From contig NC_052154.1 in NCBI RefSeq assembly GCF_902713615.1, forward strand, positions 142,083,263-142,147,262: a stretch of 64,000 nt of DNA, in the 5' to 3' direction. The notes beneath the pieces were generated by a model. The model worked only from the letters and a program-made list of their open reading frames with translations, searched no databases and had not been told where the DNA came from. The translations under genes were made by a program, and so were the position numbers. Of this stretch, positions 1-13,782 are shown piece by piece. This DNA comes from Scyliorhinus canicula. Lineage: Eukaryota. Position 1 is the stretch's first letter. Each line of letters starts with the position of its first letter.

Positions 1-192
1 ATGCTTGATGACAAAAGGAAGGCCTTCTTGGCCATCTAGTCTGAGAACAAATGATTTGTGCCCAAGCCTTTTAAGTCACCAATAAAAATGCTTCAGCAGC
101 AACCAGACCATAACATGTAGACTATTTAAATAAGTAATGAAAAACACCTAAAATACAAAGAATTGCAGCATAAGCCAGAAAAATTTTTTTAA

Positions 193-332
193 AAGGCTTG
201 CAGTTATGTAGTGTTTTTCATGACCACTTGAAGTCTCAGAGGACTTTACAGCCAGTGAAGTGTAGCCACTGCTATAAAGTAGGAAACGTGGCAATGAATA
301 TGCTGTCAGAGAGCTTCCACAAACAGCAATCC
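193..332 (-). mobile_element. Decayed 3' part of a Deu-domain (SacSINE1/AmnSINE-like) SINE
   Basis: ctttacagccagtgaagtgtagccactgctataaagtaggaaac...ccacaaacagcaat resembles the reverse-strand tail of this family; a second copy lies at 15333-15439. Confidence 0.5.
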
Positions 333-1656
333 AGCAACTAACTTCCAAAATGGCAGCACACAGACATTCTGATTGACATCATGGCCTGACTGCTCTGCGT
401 GCTGCTAGCAGTCATTAGGTGTGTGTTCACAATCCCTTTACATTAAAAGCATTGCCTGTCTGAGGTTTCATAGTTGATGGACTTCGTGCTGAGAAAACAA
501 GAGGCGTCCGAGCCCAATTTCTCCTCATGAGATTTTTTTGCTTTTCAGCTTGGAGATGGAAATCTGATGTGACAATATAATACTGTTGGAAAGATGGAAC
601 TAAAGTATGACGTGTTTATTTGAGCAGTTTTCGTGATTAATGCAGATGTAGAAATTTATAATGAAAAGAATGTTGACAGGATTGGAGTATACTCTGTACA
701 GACTACTGTAGTATAGCGATAATAATGTTGTTCATCATCTACCAAGCAAAGCCATGATTTTTTTTAATGTATTAACAGATCTCCAAATGTAGGTTTTCTT
801 GCAGTTGAGTGTTTGGACTCATGTTTGTATTTCCCACTCTCCATATCAATTAATCTAAAATCATTAGTTGACAAATACAAAGTTAAACTTCAAATTTTGT
901 GGTAATTCATCAGCTATCTTTTTTTAACAACTGTCGAACTATACTGCTCGAAAGCTAACAATGTGGAATTGCTGATTGTATTTCTGGAAGGTCACCTACT
1001 TTGCTAACATATTGGAACACTGTTGGATAATGGCTCATAGCCCAGGAATCTGTTGTGTTAAGTATGCACATAGTGTCAGCTGCCTGGATCATTCGAAGAT
1101 TACGTGGTAGCATGAATTGTTTGAGTTTGTCATTCACAACCAGCAGAGTGTTAATTAGGAATTAAGCTTTTAGTAGGTGGGAGCAGTATTATGAATATGT
1201 ATCGTAACCAAACAAAAACAAAATTACATTTGCTCCGAGGCCCCTGGTTCCTATATTCCCATCATTGTGCAGTTATCCTACTAACATGAATATACTGAGG
1301 GAAGGAGCACCACCCAGGATTTGTGTCAAAATCATTCCAGTAAAAGAAATCAGTAAATGCCCAGGCACAGCACTTATATAATCTAAATACAGTTTATTCC
1401 CCGTGATAACCGCAAACCCAAATGGCTACAGGATAAGTAAACTTCATATCCTGTGCTTATCCCATCACTATTGTGTTGCTTTAATGATGTGAACGGTATT
1501 GCAGACTGATCCCACTCAGATCAGGCATCCCTTCATAGGGTCAGGTGATTAAAGTATCTCGGTTTCTTAATGCTTTGTCAGTGCTGTGATGGGTGAATGC
1601 AGGTTTCTGTGGAAGGCTCAGAGGTGAATGGCTTTCCTCAACTATGCTTACTTTTA

Positions 1657-1883
1657 GGGCAGCACGGTGGCACAGTGGTTAGCACTGGGCACTGAGGACC
1701 AGGGTTTGAATCCTGGCCCTGGATCACTGTCCGTGTGGAGTTTGCACATTCTTCTCATGTCTGCATGGGTTTCACCCCCACAACCCAAAAGATGCACAAC
1801 CCAAAAGATTAGGTGGATTGGCCATGCTAAATTTCCCCTTAATTGGAATAAAATTAATAATTGGGTACTCTAAATTTAAAAAA
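1657..1883 (+). mobile_element. tRNA-derived V-SINE/HE1-like SINE, short A-tailed form
   Basis: gggcagcacggtggcacagtggttagcac head, tgtggagtttgcac core, A-rich end; degenerate 16-bp TSD caactatgcttacttt / caattatacttccttt. Confidence 0.85.
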
Positions 1884-2053
1884 CAATTATACTTCCTTTG
1901 GGGAATTTAAAAAAAAATCAGAAATAAAAAGAAACAGCAGGAGCCATGAAGAGAATCCAAGGTAATCTCAGTAATTGGAAAAACGTTTGAAACCGCTATT
2001 GGACTTGATCAATATAATTACTTTAACATTAAAATTAGCTGTCAGTTCTAAAT

Positions 2054-3878
2054 ATGACGTGGAGATGCCAGCATTGGACTGGGAGAGCACGGTAAGAAGT
2101 CTTACAACACCAGGTTAAAGTCCAACAGGTTTGTTTCAAATCACTAGCTTTTGGAGCGCAGCTCCTTCCTCAGGTGAATGAAGAGGTGGGTTCCAGAAAC
2201 ATATATATGGACAAAATCAAAGATGTAAGACAATACTTTGAATGCAAGTCTTTGCAGGTAATTAAGTCTTTACAGGTCCAGACTGAGCAACTGGAGAGAG
2301 GGATAATCACAGGTTAAAGAGGTGTGCATTGTCTCAAACCAAGACAGTTGGTAAGATTTCACAAGCGCGGGCAGATGGTGGGGGGAATGAATGCAATGCG
2401 ATATGAATCCAAGGTCCCGGTTGAGGCTGTACTCATTTGTGCGGAATTTCGCTATACATTTCAGCAATTCTACGCTGTCGCGCGTCCTGAAGGCCACGTT
2501 GGAGAACGCTTACCCAAAGATCAGAGGCTGAATGCCCTTGACTGCTGAAGTGTCCCTGACTGGAAGGGAACATTCCTGCCTGGCGATTGTCACACGATGT
2601 CCGTTCAACTGTCATTGCAGCGTCTGCGTAGTCTCGTCAATGTACCACGCTTCTGAACATCCTTTCCTGCAACGTATGAGGTAGACAACGTTGGCTGAGT
2701 CGCACAAGTATATACCACATACCTGGTGGGATGAGTTCTCACATATAATGGTGGTACCCATGTCGATGATCTGGCATGTCTTGCAGAGATTGCCATGGAA
2801 GTGTTCTGTGGTTTTGTGGTCGCTGTTCTGAAGGCTGGCTAGTTTGCTGCAAACAATAGTCTGTTTGAGGTTGCACAGTTGTTTGAAGGCAAGTCGTGGG
2901 AATGACCTTGGCAAGATGTTTGTCTTTATCGATGACATGTTGAAGGCTGCGAAGATGATGTTGTAGTTTCTCCGCTCCAGGGAAGTACTGGATGACAAAG
3001 AATACTCTGTCGGTTGTGTCCCATGTTTGTCTTCTGAGGAGGTTGGTGCGGATTTTTCCTGTGACGCGTTGGAACTGTCGATCGATGAGTCGAGTGCAAT
3101 ATCCCATTCATACGAAGGCATCTTTCAGCCTCTGCAGATGTCTGTTACCCTCCTCGTCTGCGCAGATCCTGTCTATATGGAGGGCTTGTCCATAGGGGAT
3201 GGCTTCTTTAATGTGTTTAGGGTGGAATCTTGAGAAGTGGAGGTTATCCGTGGGCTTGCGGTAAAGCGAAGTGCTGACGTGACCGTCCTTGATGGTGATG
3301 AGTGTGTCCAAGAATGCAACCAATTCTGGAGAGTAGTCCATAGTGAGACTGATGGTGGGATGGAACTTATTGATGTCATCGCGTAGTCGTTTCAGTAATT
3401 CTTCGCCGTCGGTCCAAAGGAAGAAAATGTCATCGATGTATCTGGTGTATAACATCAGTTTAAGGACCTGTGCGGTGAGGAGGTCTTGTTCAAACTTATG
3501 CATGAAGATGTTGGCATATTGAGGTGCGAATTTGGTCCCCATGGCTGTTCCGTGTATCTGGATGAAGAACTTGTTGTTGAAGGTGAAGACGTTGTGATCC
3601 AGAATGAAGCGGATAAGTTGCAGAATTGCGTCTGGAGATTGGCAGTTGTCGGTGTTGAGGACTGAGGCTGTTTCAGCAATGCCGTCGTCATGGGGGATGC
3701 TGGTGTAGAGTGCCGAGACATCCATTGTGACGAGGAATGTTCCTGGTTCAACTAGTCCATGGGTGTTGAGTGTCTGTAAGAAGTCCATCGTATCACGACA
3801 GAAGCTGGGTGTTCCTTGTACGATGCCCTCAATGTAGCCAAAGAGGTTCTCACACAGGGTCCCATTACCTGTTACGAT
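2054..3878 (-). mobile_element. 5'-truncated Penelope-like element: RT, GIY-YIG endonuclease, 3' pseudo-LTR (frameshifted)
   Basis: RT motifs TMDVSALYTSIPH, GTAMGTKFAPQYAN, YTRYIDDIF; endonuclease CDSANVVYLIRC...WYIDET; pLTR at ~2054-2190 matches 43547-43791 and carries a decayed hammerhead core (CTGAGGA...AAAAGCTAGTG). Confidence 0.92.
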
Positions 3879-5207
3879 CTTGTCGGGTGCTTCTTGCTTC
3901 ATCTGCTGTGCCAACTCAACTGTGTGGTGTGCACCAGATAGTATCTCTGGGATGGTGTAAGATGTTGGAGATGGCTGTGATGGAAAGTCACTGTCATCCT
4001 CCAACCCAAGTTCCGGGGTCTCCTGAGCCTCGGACAGAGGGCTGGTACCTGAGCTGCTATCAGCATCACTGTTCAGCTCACAGGCGGGGCCCCGGCTGTG
4101 GCACTGGCTGGGGGCGGGGAAGCCTGATGGACCCGCCCCATCTTCGGCAGGTCCTGCAAGACATATTACAAAATGTATGATTAGACCGCGGCCCGTGGGG
4201 GGAGGGAGGGGGGGGGGGGGTTTAGTGGTGTAGGGTGAGGGTGGTGTGGGGGTGAGGGTGGTGTTGGGTGAGGTTGTTGTTGGATGAGGTTGGTGTGGGG
4301 TGAGGTTGAGGATAGGATGTCGACACACGTCCTTTGGGGAACTGCAACTAAGCGGGGTCTCACCTCCTCAACTGTGGCCGAACTCCACCCCTGGCCACAT
4401 CCAAGGCCCTCTGCTCTGCCATGGTGGGCAGTCGCAGGTCTGCTGGTCCTCATGTTTTCTCCCATTCCTGTTACATGCAGCCTTCTCCTGGGGTGTGGGG
4501 TGGGGGGAATAAAAGGGATAACAGTGTTAGACAGTCCGAAGCATGCAGCCTAGAGGGTGGGTGGCTGATGGTCTCAGTGGCCAGGGCACTCGGCCAAGGT
4601 GGCTGGCAAGGGTGCTAGCATGTGGGGCAGGGTGGGGGTTCGACCATCCTCTGGGAGGGAGGCTGCGTGTTAGGCGTGTGTGGTGGGGGCGGGGTTAGTG
4701 CCAGGGGCACAGCGCTGCCTACTCACCATGGCCGCCTGAGGAGGTCCTACAGTTTCTTCCTGCACTGCTGGCCAGTGCGGACAACGTTGCCCACGGCATT
4801 GACTATCTCTGCTACATGTGCCCTGGCACGACAAATGGCAGCAGCTGACAACCTCTATCCCGGATCAGGGTACAGGGTCATCCTTCTCTCCTCCTTGGCG
4901 TCCAGGAGGGTCTCCAGTTCGGCGCCAGTGAAGCATGGAGCTGCTCATCTTACAGCCATCTTGTTGTCTGGGATGGTGTGTGTGGGGAAGAATCATTTAT
5001 ATGCGGCTCTAGCTCCTCAGCCTCATGAGTGTCAATCACGGACCCGGTGAATCCCGCACCATTTCTCATTAGACATGATTGTGTTCCACGCGGCACCAGT
5101 GCTAGCCCCTTAATAGTAGCAAAATCGTTGCAGGTGTGATGCTGATTTTTCTGTCGTTAAAGTGCACAAATTCTCCGTTGGCGTCTCAGAAATGGAGAAC
5201 CCCGCCC
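3879..5207 (-). mobile_element. PIF/Harbinger remnant: terminal repeat plus spliced Myb/SANT-like gene (pseudogene)
   Basis: TIR-like ggagaaccccgccc ending at 5207. Minus-strand exon 4959-4727 reads MAVR*AAPCFTGAELETLLDAKEERR...RTGQQCRKKL*DLL followed by donor gtgagt; later exons are acidic/Pro-rich. Confidence 0.75.
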
Positions 5208-5356
5208 ACTACATTTAAACCCTCCCATCTTCTCAGATTTACTTGTGAGGTGTTAGATTGCATATCGATACAGATCAATAGCTCTAAGAAGTATTTGGTG
5301 TGTTTTAATTGCTAATCCAACTCACTATGGGATGTAACTAGTATATCAAGGTGAAC

Positions 5357-6011
5357 GGCGGGATTTGCCTGTACCCGGCGGGGCGGGGGTGTGGGCAGGA
5401 CGGAGTGGCGTGTACCACTCCGGCGTCGGCCCGCGCCAAAGGTGCGGAATCCTCCGCACCTTTAGGGGCTAGGCCGGCACCGGAGTGGTTTGTGCCCCGC
5501 CGGCTGGCGTGGAAGGCCTTTGGCGCCGTGCCAGCCGGGGCCGAAGGGACTCCACTGGCCGGCGAGAGTCCGCGCATGCGCAGGTGCGTCAACGGCTGCT
5601 GACGTCATCCACGCGCATGCGCAGGGTGGGGGTCACCTACGCGTTGGCCATCGCGGAGGCTGACACAGCCAACGTGTAGGAAAAGAGTGCCCCCCAAGGT
5701 ACAGGCCCGCCCGTGGATCGGTTGGCCCCGATCGCGGGCCAGGCCACTGTGGGGGCCCCCCCGGAGCCCGCCCATGTCGCCAGGTCCCGCCAGTAAGGGA
5801 CCTAGTCTGATCCACGCTGGCGGGACCGGCAAAAAAACGGGTGGCTACTCGGCGCATCGCGGGCGGAGAATTGCCGGGGGGGTCCGCTGCGAGCGGCCAC
5901 CGACCGGCGCGCCGCGATTCCCACCCCCGCCAAATCTCCAGTGCCGGAGAATTGGGCGGATGATGGGGGCGGGATTCATGCCAGCGGGAGGGGGTCGGAG
6001 AATCCCGACCA
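5357..6011. mobile_element. Harbinger-type MITE
   Basis: Ends ggcgggattt... / ...ggagaatcccgacc; GC-rich interior with gcgcatgcgc motifs shared with other copies. Confidence 0.75.
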
Positions 6012-6559
6012 AAGCATTTGCAAAGAGAACACCATAATGCAACGCAAGCTGAAAATACAACTAAACATCTGGGTTAGAACAAGGCACTGATTGAATGGCA
6101 AAATTCACACCTTTGATACATATTTTTACATCTGTTTACCCATTTAGTATACAGTAATTTCCACTTTCAATGATTTCCTGAGTTTAATTATTGGAACATT
6201 TTCAATTTAAAATTCATTCAAATTTAAGGTCCAGGAAAGGCAATATCTGAATTACAGTTAAACCAGATCTTTGATTAATTAATGTAATAATGGCACAAAC
6301 TATACACATCTTTCCATATCTGCTCGGGTGGATTGAATTGCACACGTAGTTAAGAAAGCCTGACTCCTTGAAAATCTGTGCATTTTTCTGTTTTGAATTG
6401 CAGTTATAAAATTGTCTGATAAGGGCAGAAATATTGATCACTAAGTGTTGCTGCACGGTTACAAATTGATACCATTAAATGGATTCTGCAAATGAGACTT
6501 TAATGAGCCGCTTATGGCTCCGGACTCCGAGGTTGTCGGCATCTGACCTAGAACCATCC

Positions 6560-7310
6560 TGCCTTTCCCAACACAGCAAACCATTAATTGGCCACTTAAG
6601 GATAGGCAGATCACCCGATGCCACAACCACTCCTTGTAAAATGGGAGTGAGGACAGTGGCGGCTGGGTTGGCGACAGGTAGGTCATGCACTGCATCGTGA
6701 GCAGCCCCATCTCCAATCAAGTGATGGGTGAACGTAAATCCCACGGCAACACCCAAACATGGTGCTAAACAACCATGGACAGTCTGCCATCTCTCTTGCA
6801 GGACAAGATGGCGCACAATAGAAGGGTGCAGAGCAGAGACAGCAGGGGACAAGGACACCTGTATTTCTTGGCACCTACAGAGGAGTTGGTTCTATCTGAC
6901 ATGATGCTACTGAAGATGTGATCATGGACTTCTTGCTTCCTATCCAAACCCCTTTCAAACACCCAAAAACTGCTGCCTGCACAACCATAGCAGCTCAAGG
7001 AGGAAGGGCAAAAGCACAACATTAATAAAGAAGCCCTGCCACTTGATCTGATACTGGTGACTGTCTATTTAGACACTTACACCCTGCAGGCTAGCAGAGT
7101 GTTGGGCTCATCACATGGCAACTCACTGAGTAGAGGATGATTTGGTTGTCAGCTCACCGCATCTGAGGCAGCGGTCAAGTAATTCTGCAGAGGACTCGGA
7201 TGAAAGCCTTGATGAAGTAGCTTGCAGGAGAATGTTGAGGCGTGCAGTCTCCCATTTAAGATGGAGATTCTCTTCTCCCAGAGTGCCACTAATCATTTGA
7301 ATTCCACAAC
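6560..7310 (+). mobile_element. Decayed Harbinger Myb/SANT gene remnant
   Basis: Acceptor ctctcttgcag then DKMAHNRRVQSRDSRGQGHLYFLAPTEELVL, similar to the second exon of Harbinger Myb-like proteins. Confidence 0.45.
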
Positions 7311-8977
7311 CCAAATAGCAGTGGAGGTTATGTCATTGAATATTTCAAGGCTGAATTAGACAGATTTTTGATCAGGAAAAATCAGTTGTCAACAGGTCCA
7401 GTTTTAAGTGAGAATTGGAACTGATCCCAGTTGACTAGCTGCCCATTAAATTATTTCTACTTGAGTAGTAAAGCTGATTCTAGCTGTGACCAGTTAGCCT
7501 GGTTGCTAACTGATTTAAAGAAACAATTTCATCATGGATTGGGTTGGGGTTAGGTTGTTGGTCGGTGTTGGGGTGGAGGTTCTTTTAATTGAGACCAGGG
7601 GTGAGAGTTACAACTTATCTAATTTCAACCTTCTGGCTGACTCGTTCAATTCCAGCTCATCCCGACTCCGAGAATCTTTCTCCTCAGGTTGTCCGAGAAA
7701 ATACAGCACACAATATGTCCCTCATGGGACAAACAGTCAATGCATAGTACCTTAGAATATAGAAAAGATAGTCACCCTGCAACTAAGTATTAAAAGCTTG
7801 AAAAGGGACAATCTAGAACATTAATTCACTTCATTCATATAAATACCACTAATAAATGAAAAGGGCTACCAGTAATATATATCTGTCATAAAATACAACT
7901 TGCCTGGACTGCACTATAAATTTCAAATTTTATTGTGATGCTTAAGAACGCAAAACCAAATTGACAGTCCGGAGCCAAAATATAAACACAGTTAAAGTAC
8001 AGAAATGTTAACTTGCAGCAGTTATTCAAAATATTGAACTGAAGAATTTACATGTTGCTTCACTGGATTTATATCTCTTATTAAGGTGCTGATTCTTCTC
8101 AGATATTTCCCTTTCTTGAAAATCTCGTCCCCGGGTGACAGTTTGACTTGTAAGTAAACCCAGCGGCAGACTATCCTACATGTAAAGCAGATTAATGACA
8201 GATTCTGCACAAGGTTATTCAACAGTTCAGTGTTCAGTCTCAGTTAATGACATTTCATTAGTGACAGAGGCACGTTTAACACTGCACCTACCATCATAAT
8301 GATTCATCATTTTCGGCTGAAATCTGCATTGATGATCCGATGTTTTGACAATTCATTCGAAGAATTCCTTGCCATCAATTGTGATGTACAACTGCTCACT
8401 GACCTCTTTATCCTCCGTATCGGGGGCTTGCTGCCTGAGTTGTGTTGGTGGTGCAGACATCTCTGACACATTTTCCTTGTGTGGTGCAGATGCATCACCT
8501 CGCCTAATACCATGATTAAAAAACATTTGCTTTTTCATATATCAGTGATGGTAGGCCATTGCACAAATCTGATTCACTCTATCTTGTTCCTGACTAGGCA
8601 GAGTACAAGTCATAGAAAGAGGTGTATTATGTAACATTAAAATAACAGTTACATCCCACCTATTTTTGACAGCTCCACCATTTCCTCCAGTAGCTTGTGG
8701 TTTATAGCCTCCAGCTGTTTTTTTGAGAGCCCATCAAATGTTCCTTGCAGCTATTCTCTCTTTCACTGTTGCTCTCAGGTCTATGTTGCAGGCAGACTTC
8801 TCCTTAACTCAGTCAGACAGAAGGTAATTTTGAAATCATTTAGCTATGATTTGAGACCTCATAAACCATTAGCAACGGAAATCAATGAGGAGATATTTAC
8901 CCTGGCTACATCTTCGAATGCTTTTTTCACCCAGCGCTGTTGTCCCGGACAGTGCTGTTCACAATCTTGGGCACCCT

Positions 8978-9780
8978 GAAGTAATACATTTTGGAAGGTT
9001 TAATATAGGTCAGAATTATACAGTAAATGGAAGAACCCTGAGGAGTATTGACAGGCAGAGAGATCTGGGCATACAGACCCACAGATCACTGAAAGTGGCA
9101 ACGCAGGTGGATAAGGCAGTCAAGAAGGCATATGGCATGCTTGCCTTCATCAGTTGGTGGGTCATTGAGTAAAAAATTTGGCAATTCATGCTACAGCTGT
9201 ACAGAACCTTATTTCGGTCACTTTTGGAATATGGCATACAATTCTGCTCGTCACATGACCGGAAGGATGTGGAGGCTTCGTAGAGGGTACAGAAGAGGTT
9301 TACCAGGATGTTACCTGGTCTGGAGGGTATTAGCTGTGAGAAGTGATTGGATAAACGCAGATTGTTTTTACTGGAACGACAGAGGTTGAGAGGTGACCTG
9401 ACAGGTTTACAAAATTATGTGTGGCATGGACAGAATAGATAGTCGGATGCTTTTTCCCAGGGTGGCAAAGTCAATTACTGGGGGACATAGGTTTAAGGTG
9501 CGAGGGAGGAAAGTATAGAGAATATGTGCGAGGCAAGTGTTCTTACACAGAGCTGATGAGTGCCTGGAATGCGCTGCCGGAGGAGGTGGTGGAAGCAGAT
9601 ACGATAGTGGTATTAAGAGTCATCTTGACAAATACATGAATAGGAAGGGAATAGGAGGGGAATAGAGGGATACTGACCCCGGAAGTGCAGAAGGTTTTAG
9701 TTTAAACAGGCATAATGATCGGCAGGCTTAGAGGGCCGAAGGGCCTGCTCTTGTGCTGTACAGTTCTTTGTTCTTTTTTT
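8978..9780 (+). mobile_element. CR1 LINE 3' fragment
   Basis: EVIHFGR...RDLGIQTHRSLKVATQVDKAVKKAYGMLAFI; 3' end gggccgaagggcctg...gtgctgtac plus microsatellite-like tail. Confidence 0.9.
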
Positions 9781-9974
9781 GAACTTTGAGCTACTCTCTG
9801 CCTTCCATCTGAACACTTCATGGGTGCCTATGGATCAAAACCAATTTAATAACATTACATGGCACATTTTAGATTTACTTGTCTAGTCATTTGGGCATTA
9901 TACTAGGTAAATAGTTTCCAAGATTCAACTTCTTGCTCCTTTTTATGAAAATAAAGTTTCCTTTCCTCTTTAAC

Positions 9975-10152
9975 TCAGTGGCAAGGCAGCTGGTTGGTGA
10001 TGCTGAGAGGTTATTCATGAAGGCCACACCTTCTGAGCCTTGCCTCTCGCTTGAGGTGTGCTGATCCTCAGGTTAAATCACCACCCATCAGCTCTCCCCC
10101 TCAAAGGGGAAAGCAGCCGATGGTCATCTGGTACTATGGTGACTTTACTTTT
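9975..10152 (+). mobile_element. Short SINE-like element
   Basis: cctcaggttaaatcaccac...gggaaagcagcc...ggtgactttacttt tail, flanked by a ~55-bp direct repeat. Confidence 0.45.
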
Positions 10153-10239
10153 ATATCAGGCAAATATTTTCCAAAATTCAACTTCTTGCTCCTTTCGATG
10201 AAAAGGAAGTTTTGTTGCATCTTTGAAATCTACCAGTGA

Positions 10240-10530
10240 GAATCATAGGAAGTTCATAGCACAGAAAGAGCCCATCATGTCTGTGCCAGCCGAAAATCAA
10301 GCCCCTCAGTCCAAGCCCATTTTCCAGCACTGGTCTGTAGCCCTGCCGCTTACGGCATTTGAGGTGCATATCCTGAAACTTTTAAATGAGTTGAGAGTTT
10401 CTGCCTGTACTACCTTTTCTACCAGTGAGTTCCAGACCCCCACAACCCTCTGGGTGAAAAATGTTTTCTCACGTCCCTTCTAATCATTCTGCCAATCATT
10501 TCCCCTAGTCACCAAACTCTCTACTGAAGT
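10240..10530 (-). mobile_element. CR1 3' end
   Basis: Reverse complement of the tail at 44910-45249 (cccattttccagcact, cagtgagttccagaccc, ccctctgggtgaaaaa). Confidence 0.8.
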
Positions 10531-10706
10531 ATTGAGTGTAACTCCAACAATTGGCTGTTACAACACTTAGATTTTGCTAAAATCGACATAATTTTGTTTA
10601 GTTTCAAGTTCTAAGCCTGTTCCCAGCATTGCAATTAACTATTCTCTCAATATTGTCAGCCACCCCATTTTAATCTTCCTTGATGTCAAAATACTTGTAC
10701 AATGGA

Positions 10707-10918
10707 TGGGAATGTCCACACTCCGCTGCAGCGTGTTTCGTGGCAGCTGAGGTGAACCGCCATTGGCCGGTGGTGGGATCTTCTGATCCTGCTGATGTCA
10801 ACAATTTTTGCCATTGTATGCGTCATGGTCCCCACCACCAGGAAGCCCGTGGCAAGGGGTTTTACATCGGCTGGACTGGAATATCCCACTGATGGAAACA
10901 GACGGAAAATTCCGGCCA
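10707..10918. mobile_element. Short Harbinger-type MITE
   Basis: Ends ...ggaaaattccggcc; interior similar to 11460-11637, 24200-24347 and 42078-42253. Confidence 0.55.
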
Positions 10919-13782
10919 ATATTTCTCTCCCAAGTGATTGCATGGCTGAGGGAGGGAAGGAAAGGAATTGTTTAGTCCTGGTGCTCCAGCCAGTATGGTA
11001 CAGGACAGGCTTGATTGTCATTTCCGGCCCATAAATTTTGTTTGCTCGCAATCAAATTATACACATTTCTTTGTCTATTTACAGGCAAATGTAAACCTTC
11101 AGTTTGATTTACATAAATACTGTATTCTGAGGATATTTTCTGCTCCTCAAAAGGACAATTCTACATCTGTTAAATAAAGGTTACCACGGTAAAGGAGAAA
11201 ACAAAGAGGGTCCTGTTTTAACTAATGAGGTAAAAACACCATTCTGGTAAAAAAGGTTCTAGCAATTTACAGGGCAATTTTCCCACAAAGTAATGTCAAA
11301 TTATTGAAAACGCTGGGTTTGTTTTAATGGACAGCTTGCATGGGAAATAAACAATGTTGTGATAGATTATCGATACTAGTAAGATGATCTAAGCCTATGA
11401 AAAGTTGCACTTAAGCTAATAAACTTTGGAGTTAGCTATTCTCAATTTACCTCACCAAATTGCTTTCGACATTGTCCCTGCCAGTCGTAGTGTTTGATCA
11501 ATTAACTTCGGCCAAAGTTTTCCGGTCCCTGTCGGTAGCAGGATCTTCCAGTCCCGCCGAATTCAATAAACGTTTCAATGACGTGTTGCATTGGTCGTGG
11601 GGGATTCCATCATGGCGCGGTCAGAAAATTTGGCCATTCATGTTACGTATCACAAAAATGCTCAGTGTAGACATAATCCTAGTTTGGAAGAACAACTGTG
11701 CTGGATAAGTTTCGTATTTCAATTTGATACAAAACGATTTGATGCACCAACCCGTCATTATACTTACTTGAAATGTTGGCAACAATTATGAAACAAATGC
11801 CTTCAGGTTATCATGCTCAATTGCAATAATATCACCTGTTTTGTTTGGTCTCCTGCTGCGTAAATTGCTTTAAGACTCTGAAGCTTATCATAACAGCGAG
11901 GGAGGAACAGAGGCTGTGCTGTAATCAACGTGGAATTGGCAGAGGGTGAGAGGTCAGTTAGGTCACCACTGCTTGTCAGTCCCATGTAGATGTTAGTCTG
12001 TGCTACGTGGGAGTTGTTCTGTAAATAAGGATTAAAGAAAAGCAGCAGAGAGCAGATTTCCAGATAGTTTTTCTCAAATTCCCTGAATTATAAGAACAGA
12101 TGAAATAGTCCGCATTCGTGGCAATTTCCGGGGAGTGAATGTTTTTTAAAAATATTTTCATTTGTTTTGTAATTACAGTAACATATGTTGTGTACGATAC
12201 ACTGTAGCACTAATATCGATAGACAACCAAACAGAAAAACGAAAAGAAAGAAAAAAAAGACACAAACGGGGTCTAGCAAATTAATGTGCACAACAAAGAA
12301 AAAGTAACCAGGAAAATAAATCATGTTGAACAGACAGTTTGTTATGTCGGTCTGATACAGAACCTATGTTCAGGTATGGGAGCTCATGTTTGCGTGCCTC
12401 TGGAGGTCAGCTGCCACCGGTGTATAGCTTCGCTCGCATTTCCATTACCACCTGGCACGAAGATGTACAAACCGTCGGCCAGCGTGCTTGTCCTTGCAGC
12501 TGTGGTCGCCTCCCTGTGTGTCCACGCCCTTTGTCCCTTCTGGTTCCCCTTTACTGTTTGCACTGGGTTTCTCCTGGTGTTCCCCCCTCCCCTCTCCTAT
12601 GTGAACATGTTTTAGGAATTGTTAGACATTACCGAGGCTCTTTCCCAGAACCATGGCATTCGCATCCCATCATCAACCACAGGGAGGGTGGAAAGGCTGA
12701 CATGCTGGTTTTGTGAAAGGGAGAATTTTGCCCACAACTTGAGTCACAAGAGCTCACCAGCACTTGAATTTATGAGGCTACAGCAATCGCAGGTTTGGAG
12801 AGGAGACCTGGGAAGTCTTTTGGCTGAAGATTTCTGCTGCAGGATTTGAGGACTGCAGTGGGATGAGCTCTCAAGTGGCCGAGGCGGCCAGCAGAAGGAG
12901 GATTGGGGGCTGACCCTCCAATGACATGAAGATGCCAGCAGCAACCTATTGCAAGAGCATTGGTGCTGTTTGCAGACTTCAGTGTTGTGGTCTTGACTCC
13001 TACTAGCCAGAGCGTGCTGTCTAGCCTCTCTGTCCTGTGAGGGGCGTGTGGCTGAGGAGAAGACAGCTACTGCTGCTGTTCCTGGTGTGGGCCTTGCTAC
13101 TGGTACTGTTGATGCTACAATTCTATGATTAGTCCATCATCTCCTTCTGCTCCTCATGAGAGGTGCAAGGGAGATCTGCAAAAGCTGCTCACACACCATG
13201 GCAAAGGCTGGTAGCAGGGAAATACAGTTAAAGCTAACTCAAGTGCTAGACAGGTGAAGTGCCTTCCAAGAAGTTGGTAATCATGTGCCAAGCGGCGATA
13301 GTACTGTTTGGAACAGCAGCCTCAGACCTCCCGATTGCTGCAACCACTCTGTTTTATTGATGAAAGCCTTCCCAAGCTTGTCAGTTTTACTGGAGAAGCT
13401 CTTCCTTCTGTGCACTCGCCTCAGTGACCCTGGTGAGATGTGATAAATCCAGAGACAGTGCCCTGGCTGGGAAATTCAGAATTAAGGGTTAAAACTTTTC
13501 ACAATTGGTATTTAAACCACCCGAATTACTTAACTGACAGAGCCAAACAAAGTCCCTGCTCACCTCCAATATGCCCCACAGAAACCTGGAAGTGGGCAAC
13601 ATGACTTAATGTTAAATTCAGGCAATTGAACTCCACAAAAGCACACAAACCTGACTCTCCTTATCCGTATAACTGGGTTCAAAAGCCAATTAAAGCATCT
13701 CCATGAAAACAAAATGGCTTAAGGGGTATGAAACAAAATTACGAGATAGATTTGAGATCTATGGAAAGTAACCAACATGTTG

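Noticed and set aside
55-120. FVPKPFKSPIKMLQQQPD as an upstream PST exon
   Set aside because: Bounded by stops, no splice sites, and the similarity is too weak.
8300-8540. Protein-like minus-strand ORF (EQLYITIDGKEFFE)
   Set aside because: No recognisable family or exon structure; BLAST needed.
12150-13480. Possible LINE 3' end and very decayed Harbinger transposase N-terminus
   Set aside because: Motifs too degenerate to support a call.
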